A stretch of DNA of 64,000 bases from the NCBI GenBank assembly GCA_008632985.1, contig QPGO01000022.1, positions 124,001 to 188,000 on the forward strand. The letters run 5' to 3'. A model generated the notes under the pieces. That model ran no database searches. It worked only from the letters and a program-made list of their open reading frames with translations, and had not been told where the DNA came from. The translations under genes were made by a program, and so were the position numbers. Below are positions 25,201-38,013 of the stretch, in pieces (position 1 is the stretch's first letter; every line of letters begins with the position of its first letter). This DNA comes from Psammoneis japonica (lineage: Eukaryota).

Positions 25201-26696
25201 GTGTTTGTCAAATTTGGGTGAGGAGAATTGGACTTTACATCAACTGTCAGTTGCAAAGAGCCCTCCTTTGGTTTCCCAGATTTTGGTGGCAGATTCCTTG
25301 GTTCTGAGTTTCTGCATGAATTTGTGCAAAATTGTGGTTGACGATGTTCTGCTGTCAAGGAGAACGCACAGAGGCTCATTTTTTGCTTTGCCTGAAGAGG
25401 CATTCATACAAGCAATGACTGCTGGACTAGCATGAATTGCTTTGGTCCTTTTTCTGGGCTTCCCAATGTCCAGCAATGTGCAAGACTCCTCGTGCAGTGC
25501 AAGTCATTCCTCAGAATTGCTGCACGTCATTTTTCCAAACTGACAATTCTCCTCATTGAGGGCATCAGAGTCACAATCTTTGCTCTTGCACTTTTCATCT
25601 TTGTTCAAGGAACTTGCCTTGAGCATTTTTTGAACTGCTTGGACTGCCACAGCATTCAACTCTTCTTTGCAAGCGGCATTTTTGTTGTTGCGACACGACC
25701 ACATGCAGTTGCCATTTGAGCGGCACCATTTTGGATCACGTTCACAGTTTCCATGGCATTCTTTGGCCAGCTTTTTGAGAGACCAGCACTTGTCCATGTG
25801 TGAGTGAATTTTTTGCAAAGAATGCACCACTTGTTGGACTGAGAGTTTTCGGCACCATGTTGGTGACCATTTTTGGAACCACGTTTGGAGCCATTCTTGG
25901 CTTTTGATCCAGGACTGCCACTGGCATCAGCCTTGACATGAATGCTGTCAAACATGTCTTTTGCAACCTCCGGGCGCTCCAGAAACTCAACCAACTTGTC
26001 ATGGGCATGTTTCAAAATTTCGAAACCTTGGACAGTCGACTGACACTGCCATTTGCGAGGTGCAAGGTTGAAAAGGACATCCATGAGCACATCCTCCTTG
26101 ATCTTCTGATCCTCCTCAAAGGGTGGATAGAACTTGAGGTCTTCGTTGACTTCCTGAACCCAAGCTGCAATTTCACGCACTTTCACAGAGTCTGGCTTCT
26201 TGAGATGGTGACGCAAACAACGTTTCTGAATCTGGAGTGTGTTCTTGGGAAACACATGCCTTGTGAGATGTTGTGGACACTTCTCAAAGCCTCCTTGTTC
26301 CTTAGATTCATCTTCAACATTCACCACGTCATTCTCAAAAGCACGCAGAGCATCTCCCTGCAACAGCGCGCACATGAGCCAGAACTTGTCAGCTTGCTTC
26401 CTGACATTCTGGCCTGCCAAGAGTTGATCGCAGCTCTTGAGAAATTCAATGCACTTGGGAACGCCCTGTTTCTTGCAGCACTGGACATTGATGGTGCAGG
26501 TGAGACTGTCTTTCTTCTGGGAATAAAAACACTGCTCCGCCATGAGACACTGGCTTGGTTTGAGCATCTTCAGCTCAGAGTTTGATTCCAATGGCTGAGG
26601 AACGATTTTCTCCTGCCTTGATGAAGTCATGGCGTCAGTGACTTGAGGTGAAAGCTTCATTTTTGACTTGTTGCCTTTTGTGGTGTGCACACGCAA

Positions 26697-27075
26697 TGCA
26701 CCATGCTTTAAGAACGAGTGTGAACAAAAGTGGAATGAAGTGTGAACAGTGAAAATCACGAGATTAATTTCCAGCCAATCATTTTGGGTTTCTCCGAACA
26801 AGTTCTCAATGGCCTGAAGCTTTTGCGCTGCTTCCACAGGCAAAAAAGGCCTTTCAGAGAATAAGATTGTGACAACAGATTGTCCGGACACCATTGAAAT
26901 TGACACACAAGATGTCAATGTCATTGTGCGATCGCATTTGCATCATTCAACATCCCATCAATTCTGTGTGATTGATCTGTCCTTTGTACGAACTCATGAT
27001 TGACACGCGATTGAAATGTCATTTTATTCAATGTGCAGATGTGCACACATGATGTGCACAACAACGCATGTTGCA
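26697..27075 (-). repeat. Gypsy 5' LTR (about 379 bp, TGCA...TGCA)
   Basis: Aligns along its full length to 21885-22261. Confidence 0.9.
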
Positions 27076-29799
27076 CAAGGCCTGGTGCAACACCTTCACC
27101 TGCATTGCCACCAAACCAACACTCTCCCTCAAATCCTTGCTGACCCTTCCATGCAGCCTGCCCTTCCATCCCTTCTGTCTCCACCAACAAGCTTGTGTCT
27201 TCACTCCCTCTCTGGCATGAGATTTTGGCATGTGGGAAGAATGAAAGAGGTGGAAGAATAAACTGAAAAGGAGAAAAGGAGAAGAGAGAGAGAGGAAAAG
27301 AAGGAAAAAGGAGAAAAAGAGAAGACATTGTGGGGCTGTCAACTTGTGGCCCTTGGCTGGGCTTCTGCCTGCAAAGCAGCTTGTCTGTGACTTGAGGAGC
27401 TGTGGTTTTACATGCTTGACAGCAAAGCTCCCACAGCATGTTGGGAACTGTGGAGTTGTGCCAGTCGGTGGCAGCTTGACAGTGGCATCTTTTGTGAGGA
27501 GTGTTTTGCTGCCAGCCCATCATGGCTTTTTGGGCAGCTTGTTTTCCAAGCCTTGCCCCGCCAGCTTGGTGGCCACTGCTGCGGATCTGTGTCTTCTTTG
27601 TTCTCCAAAATTCAATGCACACTTTGGCGGGTTTGGCCCCACTGTGTTCAAACAATTCTCTGAAGTTTCCAAGTGAGAAAATGCAGTGTTGTCCTCTTCA
27701 AAAGATCTTCACAAAGATCCCCAGCAACAAGCACTGGCCTTCCCCACCCATGCTGTCAGAAGTGCCTGCTTTGACAAATTCACAGCATCTCTCCCAAAGC
27801 ATCTGTGGATGCTGCGCCCAAATTTTGGCCTCATGCGTCACAATGTCTTGAGAGCTCCATGTGGTCTGGTGTCTTCAAGAAGAAGCAAACCACACCCCAT
27901 TCTTGCCCAAAGAGGGGGGGCAATCAGACCAATGCACATGCCTGAAAGACACCCTGTGTCATCAGGAGGCTCCACGATGAAAACAAGTGAGATGAATGAA
28001 CAACACCACATCAGCTGCAACTGTAAAGTGGGAGCAAGATTTTGCAAGCATTTTCTGTTCTCTTGGTTGTTGCAAGTGACTGCACGAAGCCTTGTTGATG
28101 TCGAATCTATGCCACAACATGCTGACTTTGTACGCCACAAAACTTCAAAAATTTGTTGCTTTTGCACTGGGTCTGCGCCACTGGGCACATGTAGAATCTC
28201 ACACAAAAATGACGTACGCCACTGTGGTGCAAAATTTGTGTACACCCCGAACCATTCTACGCCACTGGTGGTGCAGGCTCTGGCATTTTTTTGTGCTTCT
28301 GACTTGAATTTTTCCGTGTCTTGAACACCGCTGCCAGCAGAGAAGGATCAATGTCTGTGGTCTGCCGGGTGCAACAATGTCGACCAATGGAGTTGTTTCT
28401 AAATTTTCGAAAATGGTCATGGTGGTTGCGAAAGGATTTCTGAAAGCTTGTCGTCATCGCTGTTCTCACACTCTGACACCAGTTCTCGACCTCCAGCATC
28501 TGAACCATTCAACATTGGATGTCATTTGAAGAAACCGGCTGGTGTCCCAGTTGGGGAAGATCGAGTTGGTTCATGCCAAATGCCACACATTTGTCACAGT
28601 CTGCTGGACATTTTCCACATCCTTCCCAAGAGACCCAAGCTCTTGTTCCCGGTCTTTTGAGTGATGACCGAGCTCGAACGCATCAAGGGCGTGCCTTCGT
28701 TGCCAACCTCTTTCATCTTGCAAAGGGAGTCTTTGAGCCCAGCGTTTCCATTCTCAACATCTCCGACAACATCGTTCTTTTTGTTCTCCTCCTTGTCCTC
28801 CTGCCAAGTCTTGTTGGCACTTGTGACAGGAAACCCAATTGTGCACCACAGATGAGTTGGTCACATCACTTGAGGATCCCAAACTCATTGAACTTAAATC
28901 ATTTGGCGACTCATTGGATGAGCTTGGTGGGTCTCCAGCTCCGGTGTTTCGCAACGGAACAACTCAAGCACAATCAAATTGTAAAGAGATCCTGATCCTT
29001 GTGCGCTTTGTGCCAAAGAAGACGCTTGTCGGCTCTCACGTTGCAGCTCATGCCACCATGCCAACTCTGCAACCTGCACACTTGTGAAGGAATTCGCCAA
29101 CCAAACTGTGCATCTGTTGCCGCTCTGCTCTGGACAAGCCAACTTCATCCCAGTTCACTTTGATGACAGCTTCTCATGCATTGAGAGCATTTCCTGTTCC
29201 AAGAAAGCAATTCCACATTGGTCAAATCCAACAAGGCCCTTCCATTGTGGCCTCCGGCAGACTGCTCACAGCAATGCAGTGACTCGTTCACTTTCAGACA
29301 GACCCAGCACCTCCTGACCCACTGAATTGGGACTTGGCGACAAAGCTCTGGAGCTGTCTGCAAAAGCAGCTGTCAACAAAGGCTTGGTTTCTTCTTTGGG
29401 TTGAACAGCGCTTGATGTTGGACCTCCAAGCTCTCCTGCACGGGAGTCCCTGGGAGGCTGTTGGGGCACTGTCAACTTCAACAACAAGGTGATGAGGTGA
29501 CATGGAAAAGTTTAAAGACGCCAAGGTGTCACTGTTGATTTGGCCACCTGGGCTGACAGAAAAGAGACAGATTGCCACTGACAAATCTGCTGTGGCTAAC
29601 GGAAGAAGAATTGCTGTTGACCCGGTGTCCGGGATTGAGGGAGCATGTGGAAGACTTTGAACTGCTGCTAGTTCTGATGCCTTGGAGAAATGCATTGTCA
29701 ATGTTTTCTTCCTTTGTCGTGTGCCACATGCCACACTGATTGATGCAGTGGCACTGATGTCACCAAAGCTCAGTGTGTCTTTGAAAGCCACCAACAAAA

Positions 29800-32500
29800 T
29801 GAGTCTGAGTGTTCCCAAGAGGATCACAAATGCCACAATCTTGTGAACCTTGATCAGAAAGTGGTGCTTGCCAAAGAGCCTCCTTGTTTAACTGCCTTTG
29901 GTGTGCCCATGAACCTGGAGCCTGCAGCAGCATGCACATCCGGAAACTCGGACATGCTGAAGACATTGGGACTGGAAAAATCCAACTCTCGAAAGGCATC
30001 AGCATCAAAGAAGGACTGGTGACAGACAGGAAACTCTTCACAGGTGTCGAAGCAGTCGTTGAGCTCACTGGCCTTGATCAACTTGTGAAGCTCAAAAGGT
30101 GAGGTTGCCATGTTGTGCGCAGCTCCCTCTGGTTCCAGCACCTCATGCTTGAGCTGCTTGATCTTCAAATGATGACACTGCAGCAGGGTGCCAGGTGTCA
30201 AGATGACACGATCATCAAGAGCCTGGACAACCTCGTGGGTCTGAGAGCACAGGCACTGCAAGGGAATGCTTGGATGGGGTGGGGCTCATCCGAGACAGAA
30301 GCTGAACAGAGCAGGCTTGTGCTTCAAATGGTGACAGCAAATCAAGGGTGGCAGCAGATCACCACCAGCACCTGCTGGCCACCCAAAGAAGTGCAGAGAG
30401 CCAGAAGATGGGGATCTTGAGGAGGGACCAGAGCCAGCAATGAGCAGGCTGAGGTTCCAGGTCAAGGACATTTGGAGCAAGCTTGGAGATCGCATCACAG
30501 AACTCATCATCAAGGTCAGTGGACTCAACAGGAGGTGGTGGATCATCCAAGACAGCAGGCTCCTTTGAAAACATCAAAGCCAGAAAGAGGATGACAGAAT
30601 CATCCCAATCCAAATTGTCACAAGTGTCACAGCAATCGTCATCAGCGTTTTCCGGCTCAACTGTCTCAACCAAAATCACGCTCTGCTCCCTCTGGACTGC
30701 AGCACCAGGAAGGACAGAGACTCATGCAACGAGAGCAGCATCACTGGATGTGTCCTCAAGAGGACAGCAGTGGAACCCAGTCCAGACCACTTCCTCCTCA
30801 AAAATGGGGGAATCATCATTGTCAGATGATGGACCAGGCTTGGCAGACGCAGGATCGGCGGTGGTCTGAGCTGGTGGCCCAGCCAGCATGCCAGAGTCTG
30901 GTTCAGCAATGGAGGCAAGATTGGCATCCAGCTGTTCCTTCTTGGGTGGCCAGTTGGCATGGGCAGCATCTTTGTGACCAGCATAAACCCCTTTGATGCC
31001 AGTGTGATGACACATGCACTTGGTGCAAAAGCAAGTGGTTGACCCATGCTTGCTCACAACCACTTGGTTGAGATTGGCTGGATGGGTGAAATGACAAGGC
31101 TCATTTGCCAACAGTTCCTTGCATTTTGCTTGTTTGTTCACAGGCACATTTGTTGGAGTGACAGCATCACAAGCAGAAATGGGAGGAGGAGGAAAAGCAG
31201 CTGGTGGCTGACCTTTGCGCTGTTGACATGCGAGCTTCTTGAGGCACTTTCGTTCACCATGCTTGGGACACTTCTTGTCATTTGCCCAATGGTCTAGAGC
31301 ACCCCACAAGCATTGCAGGCTCCCTTGCCCTTGGTGTGGTTGCCCTGAGGGAGCTTGGTGGAAAGACCAGGCCAGTCCTTGTTGGTGACAAAGTTGTGAT
31401 GCTTTGTCTGAAGGAATGTGGTGCATGTGGTTGGACCAAGAGTGCTGTGATCCTTGTCCTTGGCAAGCAGCGTGGGGTCTGTTAAACAACATTTACGTTC
31501 CATGACTGTCACCACATCCAACTTGACAAAAATTGCTTGATTGAACACTTTGCTGGAGGTCTTGGAGCACTTCCAAAGGAGATCAGACCCAGGAGAGACA
31601 GGTGGCACATGTTCTGTTTGTAGAGTCTTGGTGAGATGGAGTGCTTCAGCAGCAAATTTGGCAATGTCTTTGCCAGGATGGGATTCAAGCATCAAAGAGT
31701 CAAAGTCTTCAAAAGCTTGAGCAACATCATGCACAGCAGAGGCATTGCAAGTTTTGAGTGCCATCATAAAAATAACTTGGCCAGGGAAGTGCCGGAAGAG
31801 GTCTCAGTGGCCAAACTGGGTTTCAATTTTCTTGTGGAACTGGTGAGTGATGCGAGACTCAACAACCAGAAGTGTAAGATTGATGTTGTCATGCTCATGT
31901 TCATTGCATGCTGAATTGTCTTTTGCTTTGTTCACTCACTTGTCATGCTCAGCAATGACCTCATCAACAGCAAAGCTGTGGAGGTGAGTGAAGAGGTCAA
32001 TGACCTTGTTGTTGAGCTTCATGACCAAGAAATTTTCCATTCCATGTTCATGGATTAATGTGTGAACCAAATGAATGAAGTGTTCCTTGTCAAGCTCATT
32101 TGCCTTGCCTTTAGGAAGCTCCAGGTTTCCATCAAACTTGATGACGTTGGCTCCGTTGCGAGCATCTTGGAGATTGCACCATGTGCATGGAAGGATCTTC
32201 TTGTCACGAGACTGGTTGGCAGAGCGACAGGTCTGCTTGAGTTTCAGGTGACAGTTGTCATCCAACAGGGATCCACCCATGTGGCAACCACACTCTGGAT
32301 GAATTCTGCTGCAAATTGGTTGTCCCCAAGGTTGTTGACCCGCGGGTGCCAACGACTGATTCTGTTGTCACTGTCAAGTCACAGAAGAAGGCGCAGGTGG
32401 TTGTTGACCCATCAGTGAAGGAGGAGGAGTAGAAGTCATCATGGTGGAGAACAACTTTGTGTGGCTGCAGTGCCAAATGCATGCAGCAGACTCAATGACG
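29800..32500 (-). mobile_element. Ty1/Copia-like (diatom CoDi-type) gag remnant
   Basis: Fragments LESHPGKDIAKF, LLWKCSKTSSKVFN and KDWP, plus Zn-knuckle-like CLWGALDHWA...CP and FCTKC. No pol motifs recognised. Confidence 0.5.
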
Positions 32501-32699
32501 AACCAACAGAGACGTTTTGAGTCAGAAACTTGGAGAACTGCACCAAACAAACATGGCAATCAATGGAACAGTGGGTGCAATCAGCGACATCACTTGAGGG
32601 ACAGTTCTTAGAGGATGGAAGGCTCAGAGAGTCAATGGAACTCAGCCTGGGTTTGATTTAAAACACACGGACTTTGTTGTTTCAAATTTGGAACTTGTC

Positions 32700-35600
32700 A
32701 GAGATCACAGGTTGATTCCTTGAGGCAAAATGAGCTGCCAGCTTGTCAGCAAACAATGGTGGCTGGCAGCAATGCAGGGAGTGTCTGATGTTGACTGGAG
32801 GTGTTGTTCAGATGTCAAACAATGTGACCGTTTGGTTGAAATGAACAAATCAACATTGATGGCAGATGGAAGCTTTGATGACCTGATCAACAGTGCTTTC
32901 CCAGTGGCAGAACAAATGCCTGCAACATTGGGACTCACAATCACTGAAGACACAACAAAGCAGCTTGTGTTGGCAAGAGCAAGAGCTCAAGGTTGCAACA
33001 GAGTGGCAGAAGTTGTTGTCAAAGTTCTCTGTGGAGAAATTGTGGGTGCAAACTGAAGAGTGATCTCAACAATCAGATTTGTGAGAAGAGAAGAGATTTG
33101 AATCTCAGCAATGCAAGTGACATGCAGAAATGTCTGAAATGATGTTGACAAATGACTTTGATGTTTTGACTGCCTCCACACTTGAACCTGATTTTGGCTC
33201 CAATCCTGAGAAAAACACCTCTAGGATTTTCCTCATGATCATAAAAAGGAGATTTGCTCAGCTCATCATCTGTCTCCTCATCTTTGTCTTCAGGGCCATG
33301 ATGTGCCAACAGATTGGGGTGCTTGTTTTTCTTCTGAACAGATGGGTTTTTGTGTCCCTCTTGGGTGAAAAGCTGGAGTCTTGCAGCATCATCATGCCAA
33401 CAACTTCTGATTTGTCATCCTTGCCAAATGTCTCCAGTTAACTCTCATCCATGCTGGAGTTGCAGAATGGGCACTGTCCAGATGACTCAATGCAGCCAAG
33501 TGCACAGTGCAAGTGCGCTGGCTGTCCACAGCAAGAAAGTCCTGTGTGTCAACTCTGAGTGTCTCATCAAGGCACAAACACCATGACACAAGTGTTGGGG
33601 AAGCTTGTTGTCCATTTGACAATTTGACAAAGACAAAGGTTTTTTCTCCATGTCAATGACAAGGTTTCTGGGAATTTTTTTGATCTTGTCATCATCCAAG
33701 TCAATGGACACTCCATGAACTTTATGGCAGAAAAATGCAAGTCTTTGATGGGTTCTTCAGCAACTCCAAACATTTGCACATCACCATCTCTTGGTAATTT
33801 TCTGGAGAAATGAGCTCAAGGGGCATGGGCGTGCTCTCCTCTGACAAAGACAACTCCACATTAAAACACAAGCTTGAGGTGCACAACTGAAGCTGTCCTT
33901 CTGAAGACCAAGGGCACCTCCCCTGGTGACTTTCCAAGCTTGGGTGGATCCACTGCAATGGCAATTCTTTGCTGCAGGAGGTGTGCCACTTTCCTTGTGT
34001 TCTAAAACCCACCTTGCTTGAGCATCTGGGTCAACCAAGCCACACCTTTTGAGAACACAAATGATTTCATCATTCCAAATTCTGAGTTTGAAGCCAAGAC
34101 CATCAAAAACTTTCACGGTGGTTTGAGACTGCAAAAACTGCAGCACGGCATGATGCAAGGACTTGTGTGCAATGGAGAGAAGCATTTGGACTGATTGTGG
34201 CAAATCCACTGGCTTTGTCATCAACTGTTCCTTTAGATGAATGAGTGATGCAGACCCAAACTGAGCATGGACCAGTCTCACATGGGCACCAAATGACCCT
34301 CAAGAGCGGTCAGCTGGCAGAAAGAGGACACAAATTTTGTGTCAAACCAGCAGTTTGTGGTTTTGTTGACTCTGATGCAGTCATCATTGCAGCAGCTGAT
34401 CTTGAATGGCTGGCCAGTCATGATGCACCTGCTGCATTGCAACACAGGACAAACACACTTTGGTGTGGTCCCGTCATCCAGGGACTCTTGGTGAGTTGTT
34501 TTGGACAGATCAACACTTTGTTGCAGTGGAAACTTTGACAAGAACTTTGGGTCTGACACTTGCAGCTTTAGCTCTGGCAGCTTGGTGGGTGGTGTGTGCT
34601 TGGGCACCTGCTTCATCACCTGCTGCTCTGTTTCTTTCTGTGGCTTGGCCTGCTTTTGCTTTGTGGGCTCTGGTTTGTTTGGCATTTGATCTGGCTGAGG
34701 TGCTGGCTGGCTTGGCTTTGTCTGGTTTGGCCACAGCTTGAGTTGCAGACCTGGCCCTAGACTTGATGGATTGGGTGCCTGCTCTTGCTTTGACTTTTGG
34801 GGGTGTTCCAAAAGGCCCCTTTTTCTCTTCTTTGGAGGAATTGTCTGGGCTGTGCTGTTGCCCCACTTCATCCCCTTGGACACATGGGCCTCTTTTGGTG
34901 GCTCCACTGCACCACAGCTTGGGTTGGTTGGCCATGTCAATCTGTTGCCAGCATTGGGCTTGATTGGAGAGAACAACGCAAGGGCACCACTGGTTGCAGT
35001 GGCGTGAGGGCCTTTCATGTTGGCTTGCAGTGCAGACCCTTCAGCCTGGAAGTCCAAGCTGAGGTCACCCAAGCCCCAAGCCATCACAAGCTTGTCTCAG
35101 AAGCAGGGTGTGGATGCTTGATGCAAGGACTTGTGTGCAATGGAGAGAAGCATTTGGACTGATTGTGGCAAATCCACTGGCTTTGTCATCAACTGTTCCT
35201 TTGGATGAATGAGTGACACAGACCCAAACTGAGCATGGAGCAGTCTCACAAGGGCACCAAATGACCCTCAAGAGCAATCAGCTGGCAGAAAGAGGACACA
35301 AATTTTGTGTCAAACTAGCGGTTTGTGGTTTTGTTGACTCTGATGCAGTCATCATTGCAGCAGCTGATCTTGAATGGCTGGCCAGTCATGGTGCACCTGC
35401 TGCATTGCAACACAGGACAAACACACTTTGGTGTGGTCCCGTCATCCAGGGACTCTCGGTGAGTTGTTTTGGACAGGTCAACACTTTGTTGCAGTGGAAA
35501 TTTTGACAAGATTTTTGGGTCTGACACTCGCAGCTTTAGCTCTGGCAGCTTGGTGGGTGGTGTGTGCTTGGGCACCTGCTTTGTCACCTGCTGCTCTGTT

Positions 35601-37644
35601 TCTTTCTGTGGCTTGGCCTGCTTTTGCTTTGTGGACTCTGGTTTGTTTGGCATTTGATCTGGCTGAGGTGCTGGCTGGCTTGGCTTTGTCTGGTTTGGCC
35701 ACAGCTTGAGTTGCAGACCTGGCCCTAGATTTGATGGATTGGGCGCCTGCTCTTGCTTTGACTTTTGGGGGTGTTCCAAAAGGGCCCCCTTTTCTCTTCT
35801 TGGGAGGAATTGTCTGGGCTGTGCTGTTGCCCCGCTTCATCCCCTTGGACACATGGGCCTCTTTTGGTGGCTCCACTGCACCACAGCTTGGGTTGGTTGG
35901 CCGTGTCAATCTGTTGCCAGCATTGGGCTTGATTGGAGAGAACAAAGCAATGGTGCACCACTGGTTGCAGTGGCGTGAGGGCCTTTCATGTTGGCTTGCA
36001 GTGCAGACCCTTCAGCCTGGAAGTCCAAGCTGAGGTCACCCAAGCCCCAAGCCATCACAAGCTCCTGTCTCAGAAGCAGGGCATGGATGCTTGATGGCAG
36101 GAGGTGCAGGAGGAGCCACAGGCCCAGGCTCAACCTCTGCACTGGGGCAAGTGGATGGCAGGTTGATGAAAGAGACACCCTTTGAAATCTCTTCCTGAGT
36201 CACCTCACCCATCAGGAGCATCTTCCTCTTGCAGTCTCCTCCAATGATTGCACAGCACTCAGCCACAGTCTTGGAACTGTTGAGCTTTGCAAGAGGAGTT
36301 GTGGTCAGGAGCTCATTGAAGTCCATGCCAAACACATGGAAGTAAGATGAGCGCTCATTTTTGCCCTTGTTGGCAGTTGCATTGAGAGATGCCGTTGCCT
36401 TGGGGTGCTCAGTGACCCAAGATGCATTTGAATTTCCTTGGCAGTGCTCCTCTTTCACCAGCAAAGCAATGGCTGTTTTGATTGGGTGGTTGGAGTGCTC
36501 AACAGATCCCTGGTGCCAAGGCATTCTGGCACCACCCTCGACAGAGCTGCAGCACATGTTGAGCTCCTGGATGGCTTCAGCCACTTGCTCTGCTGTGAAC
36601 TCCTTCCCGTTGTCTGTGAGGCTCACAAGGGGGGGGCAGCCAATCAAAGAACAAATGTGGCAGAACTCCTTGGCAACCCACTTTGCTTCCTTGGAGGGAA
36701 TGGCCACTGTCCAGAGCAACCTGGTGCAGTGATCTTTCAAAACCATGAGCCACTTCATGGTTTGGGAGCTGGGGTCCCCTGGGCAGAACAGGTGAGGGTC
36801 CTTTTGGCAATCCACCAAGTCAATCTAGAAATGGTCTCAGAAACTTTGACTCATGATGGGGACTCAAGCCCCCTCAACTCAACACAGAAGGCTGCACCTT
36901 GCTGCAAGTGGGGCAAAGGTCAATGAAGTGAGAAACCAGCATGGCCATGACATTGTAAAAATTTTCTTGATGTCATTGAGCATGTGAGACCCAATTTGAG
37001 ATGACTGCCTGTTTGTCCATGGTGCTGCACCACAACATCAAAAACTTGCTCAATGTGGAGAACAATGAGCTTGGATGTCACAGATCCATCCGCGCCTTTC
37101 TTGATCCAAAAAAGCATGCCGTGGTCAAGGTCGCTGGTCTCCACCAAAAAAACCTTCTGCCACTTGTGAGCTTGGTGGGTGAAAAGCTTGCAAAACTCTT
37201 TTGCACTGAGCCCATCAGCTCCTGTGTTCCAGAACTTCACTGTCCAAACCCTCTTCTCCCACTCAGATCGAAGCAAGAGCTTGGACTTTGGTGGGATCAC
37301 AGCGCTGGCAAAGTCATCATTCTCAATGCCAAATTCAGCCTTGTTGAAGGCATCTGGTCTCCATGAAGATGCCCCTGACCTGTTTGGGAGAAGTCACAGC
37401 AGTTGCATCAGGGCGGGAGGGGCAACTGACATGGTGGCAAAAGAAGCAGCACAAAGAGACTCTCCTCTTCACCAAGAAACTCAACAGAAGAATCACAACC
37501 AGAGAGGTGCTGCAAAAAGGCAAAAGAGGCTGAGAGCCAAGGGTGCCACGTCTTGAGCCAGCAGGCAATTCTTCAGAATCTGACAACCAGAAGATTCCAT
37601 GCCAGGATTCACCAGATCTCAGATTCTGCAGAATGGTCGTAACA
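32700..37644 (-). mobile_element. Ginger/KRBA2-SCAND3-type integrase element with long C-terminal extension, decayed
   Basis: rve motifs VDCQKDP, WLMVLKDH.TR, TDNGKEF and QGSVE.SN, with an upstream H..H...CPTC zinc region (36900-37100). Candidate TGTTAC terminus at 37644. The low-coordinate boundary is uncertain. Confidence 0.65.
34151..36063. repeat. About 968 bp tandem duplication (34151-35092 vs 35119-36063)
   Basis: Both copies start tgatgcaaggacttgtgtgcaatggagagaag and end caagccccaagccatcacaagct. Confidence 0.95.
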
Positions 37645-38013
37645 GATCTAAACCTGAGGAACCGCTCGGCGCGCCGCGCCCAATCGCTAATGATAAAGCA
37701 CACTAAACCAACTTGAATTGATCACATGGTAAATTCTTCACTCTCTCTACTCTAGTAGAGAGCTCTACTCTCTAGCTAGAGATAGTAGGGTAGCCAGCTA
37801 GCTACTGTAGAGTCGAGCGATGGATTCGGTTGAAACCGAAAACAGCCGAGCGCGCGAGTTGAATTGAGAATGGGGCCAATGAGAGTGACCGCACAGGCTA
37901 GACTCCTCTAGCTAGAGTAGAGGGTACTCTAGAATGGCGAAGAGAATCTAGATTTCCAGAGTTGAAGAATGAAAGTCTAGCAATCTTACCCTAACCGGTA
38001 GCAGTCTTTCCAA

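Larger units (their letters stand above)
21885..27075 (-). mobile_element. Full-length Ty3/Gypsy LTR retrotransposon (gag-PR-RT-RH-INT), decayed
   Basis: Paired LTRs; 4-bp TSD CAAG (21881-21884 and 27076-27079); PPT GGGGAGGCGAG next to the 3' LTR. PR LLDSRTS; RT WAAPTF, LDLNMG, HIDD; RH DASNSQLGAVI; INT CDRGSEF. The order PR-RT-RH-INT is Gypsy-type. Confidence 0.93.
16900..27230 (+). mobile_element. Non-LTR retrotransposon (CRE-like RT), decayed, interrupted by a Gypsy element at 21885-27075
   Basis: C-rich strand skew. RT remnants GKAPG, QFKVGVKGG, LNLSSCFNECS, FFDLLC, QGCPLSP, GIKLNASKTKI and LPISLGGIG. The frame resumes after the Gypsy element (HHNLQ|GLVQHLH). Confidence 0.75.

Noticed and set aside
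26694..26703. TGGTGCATTG resembling a tRNA-Gly primer-binding site
   Set aside because: It overlaps the LTR end defined by LTR alignment and the CAAG TSD, and is probably created by TA->CA mutation.
5300..37600. Alternative genetic code or foreign contaminant as the cause of the missing Tyr
   Set aside because: The changes also affect non-coding LTRs and duplicates, occur in several unrelated TE classes, and adjacent genes use Tyr and TAA/TAG normally.
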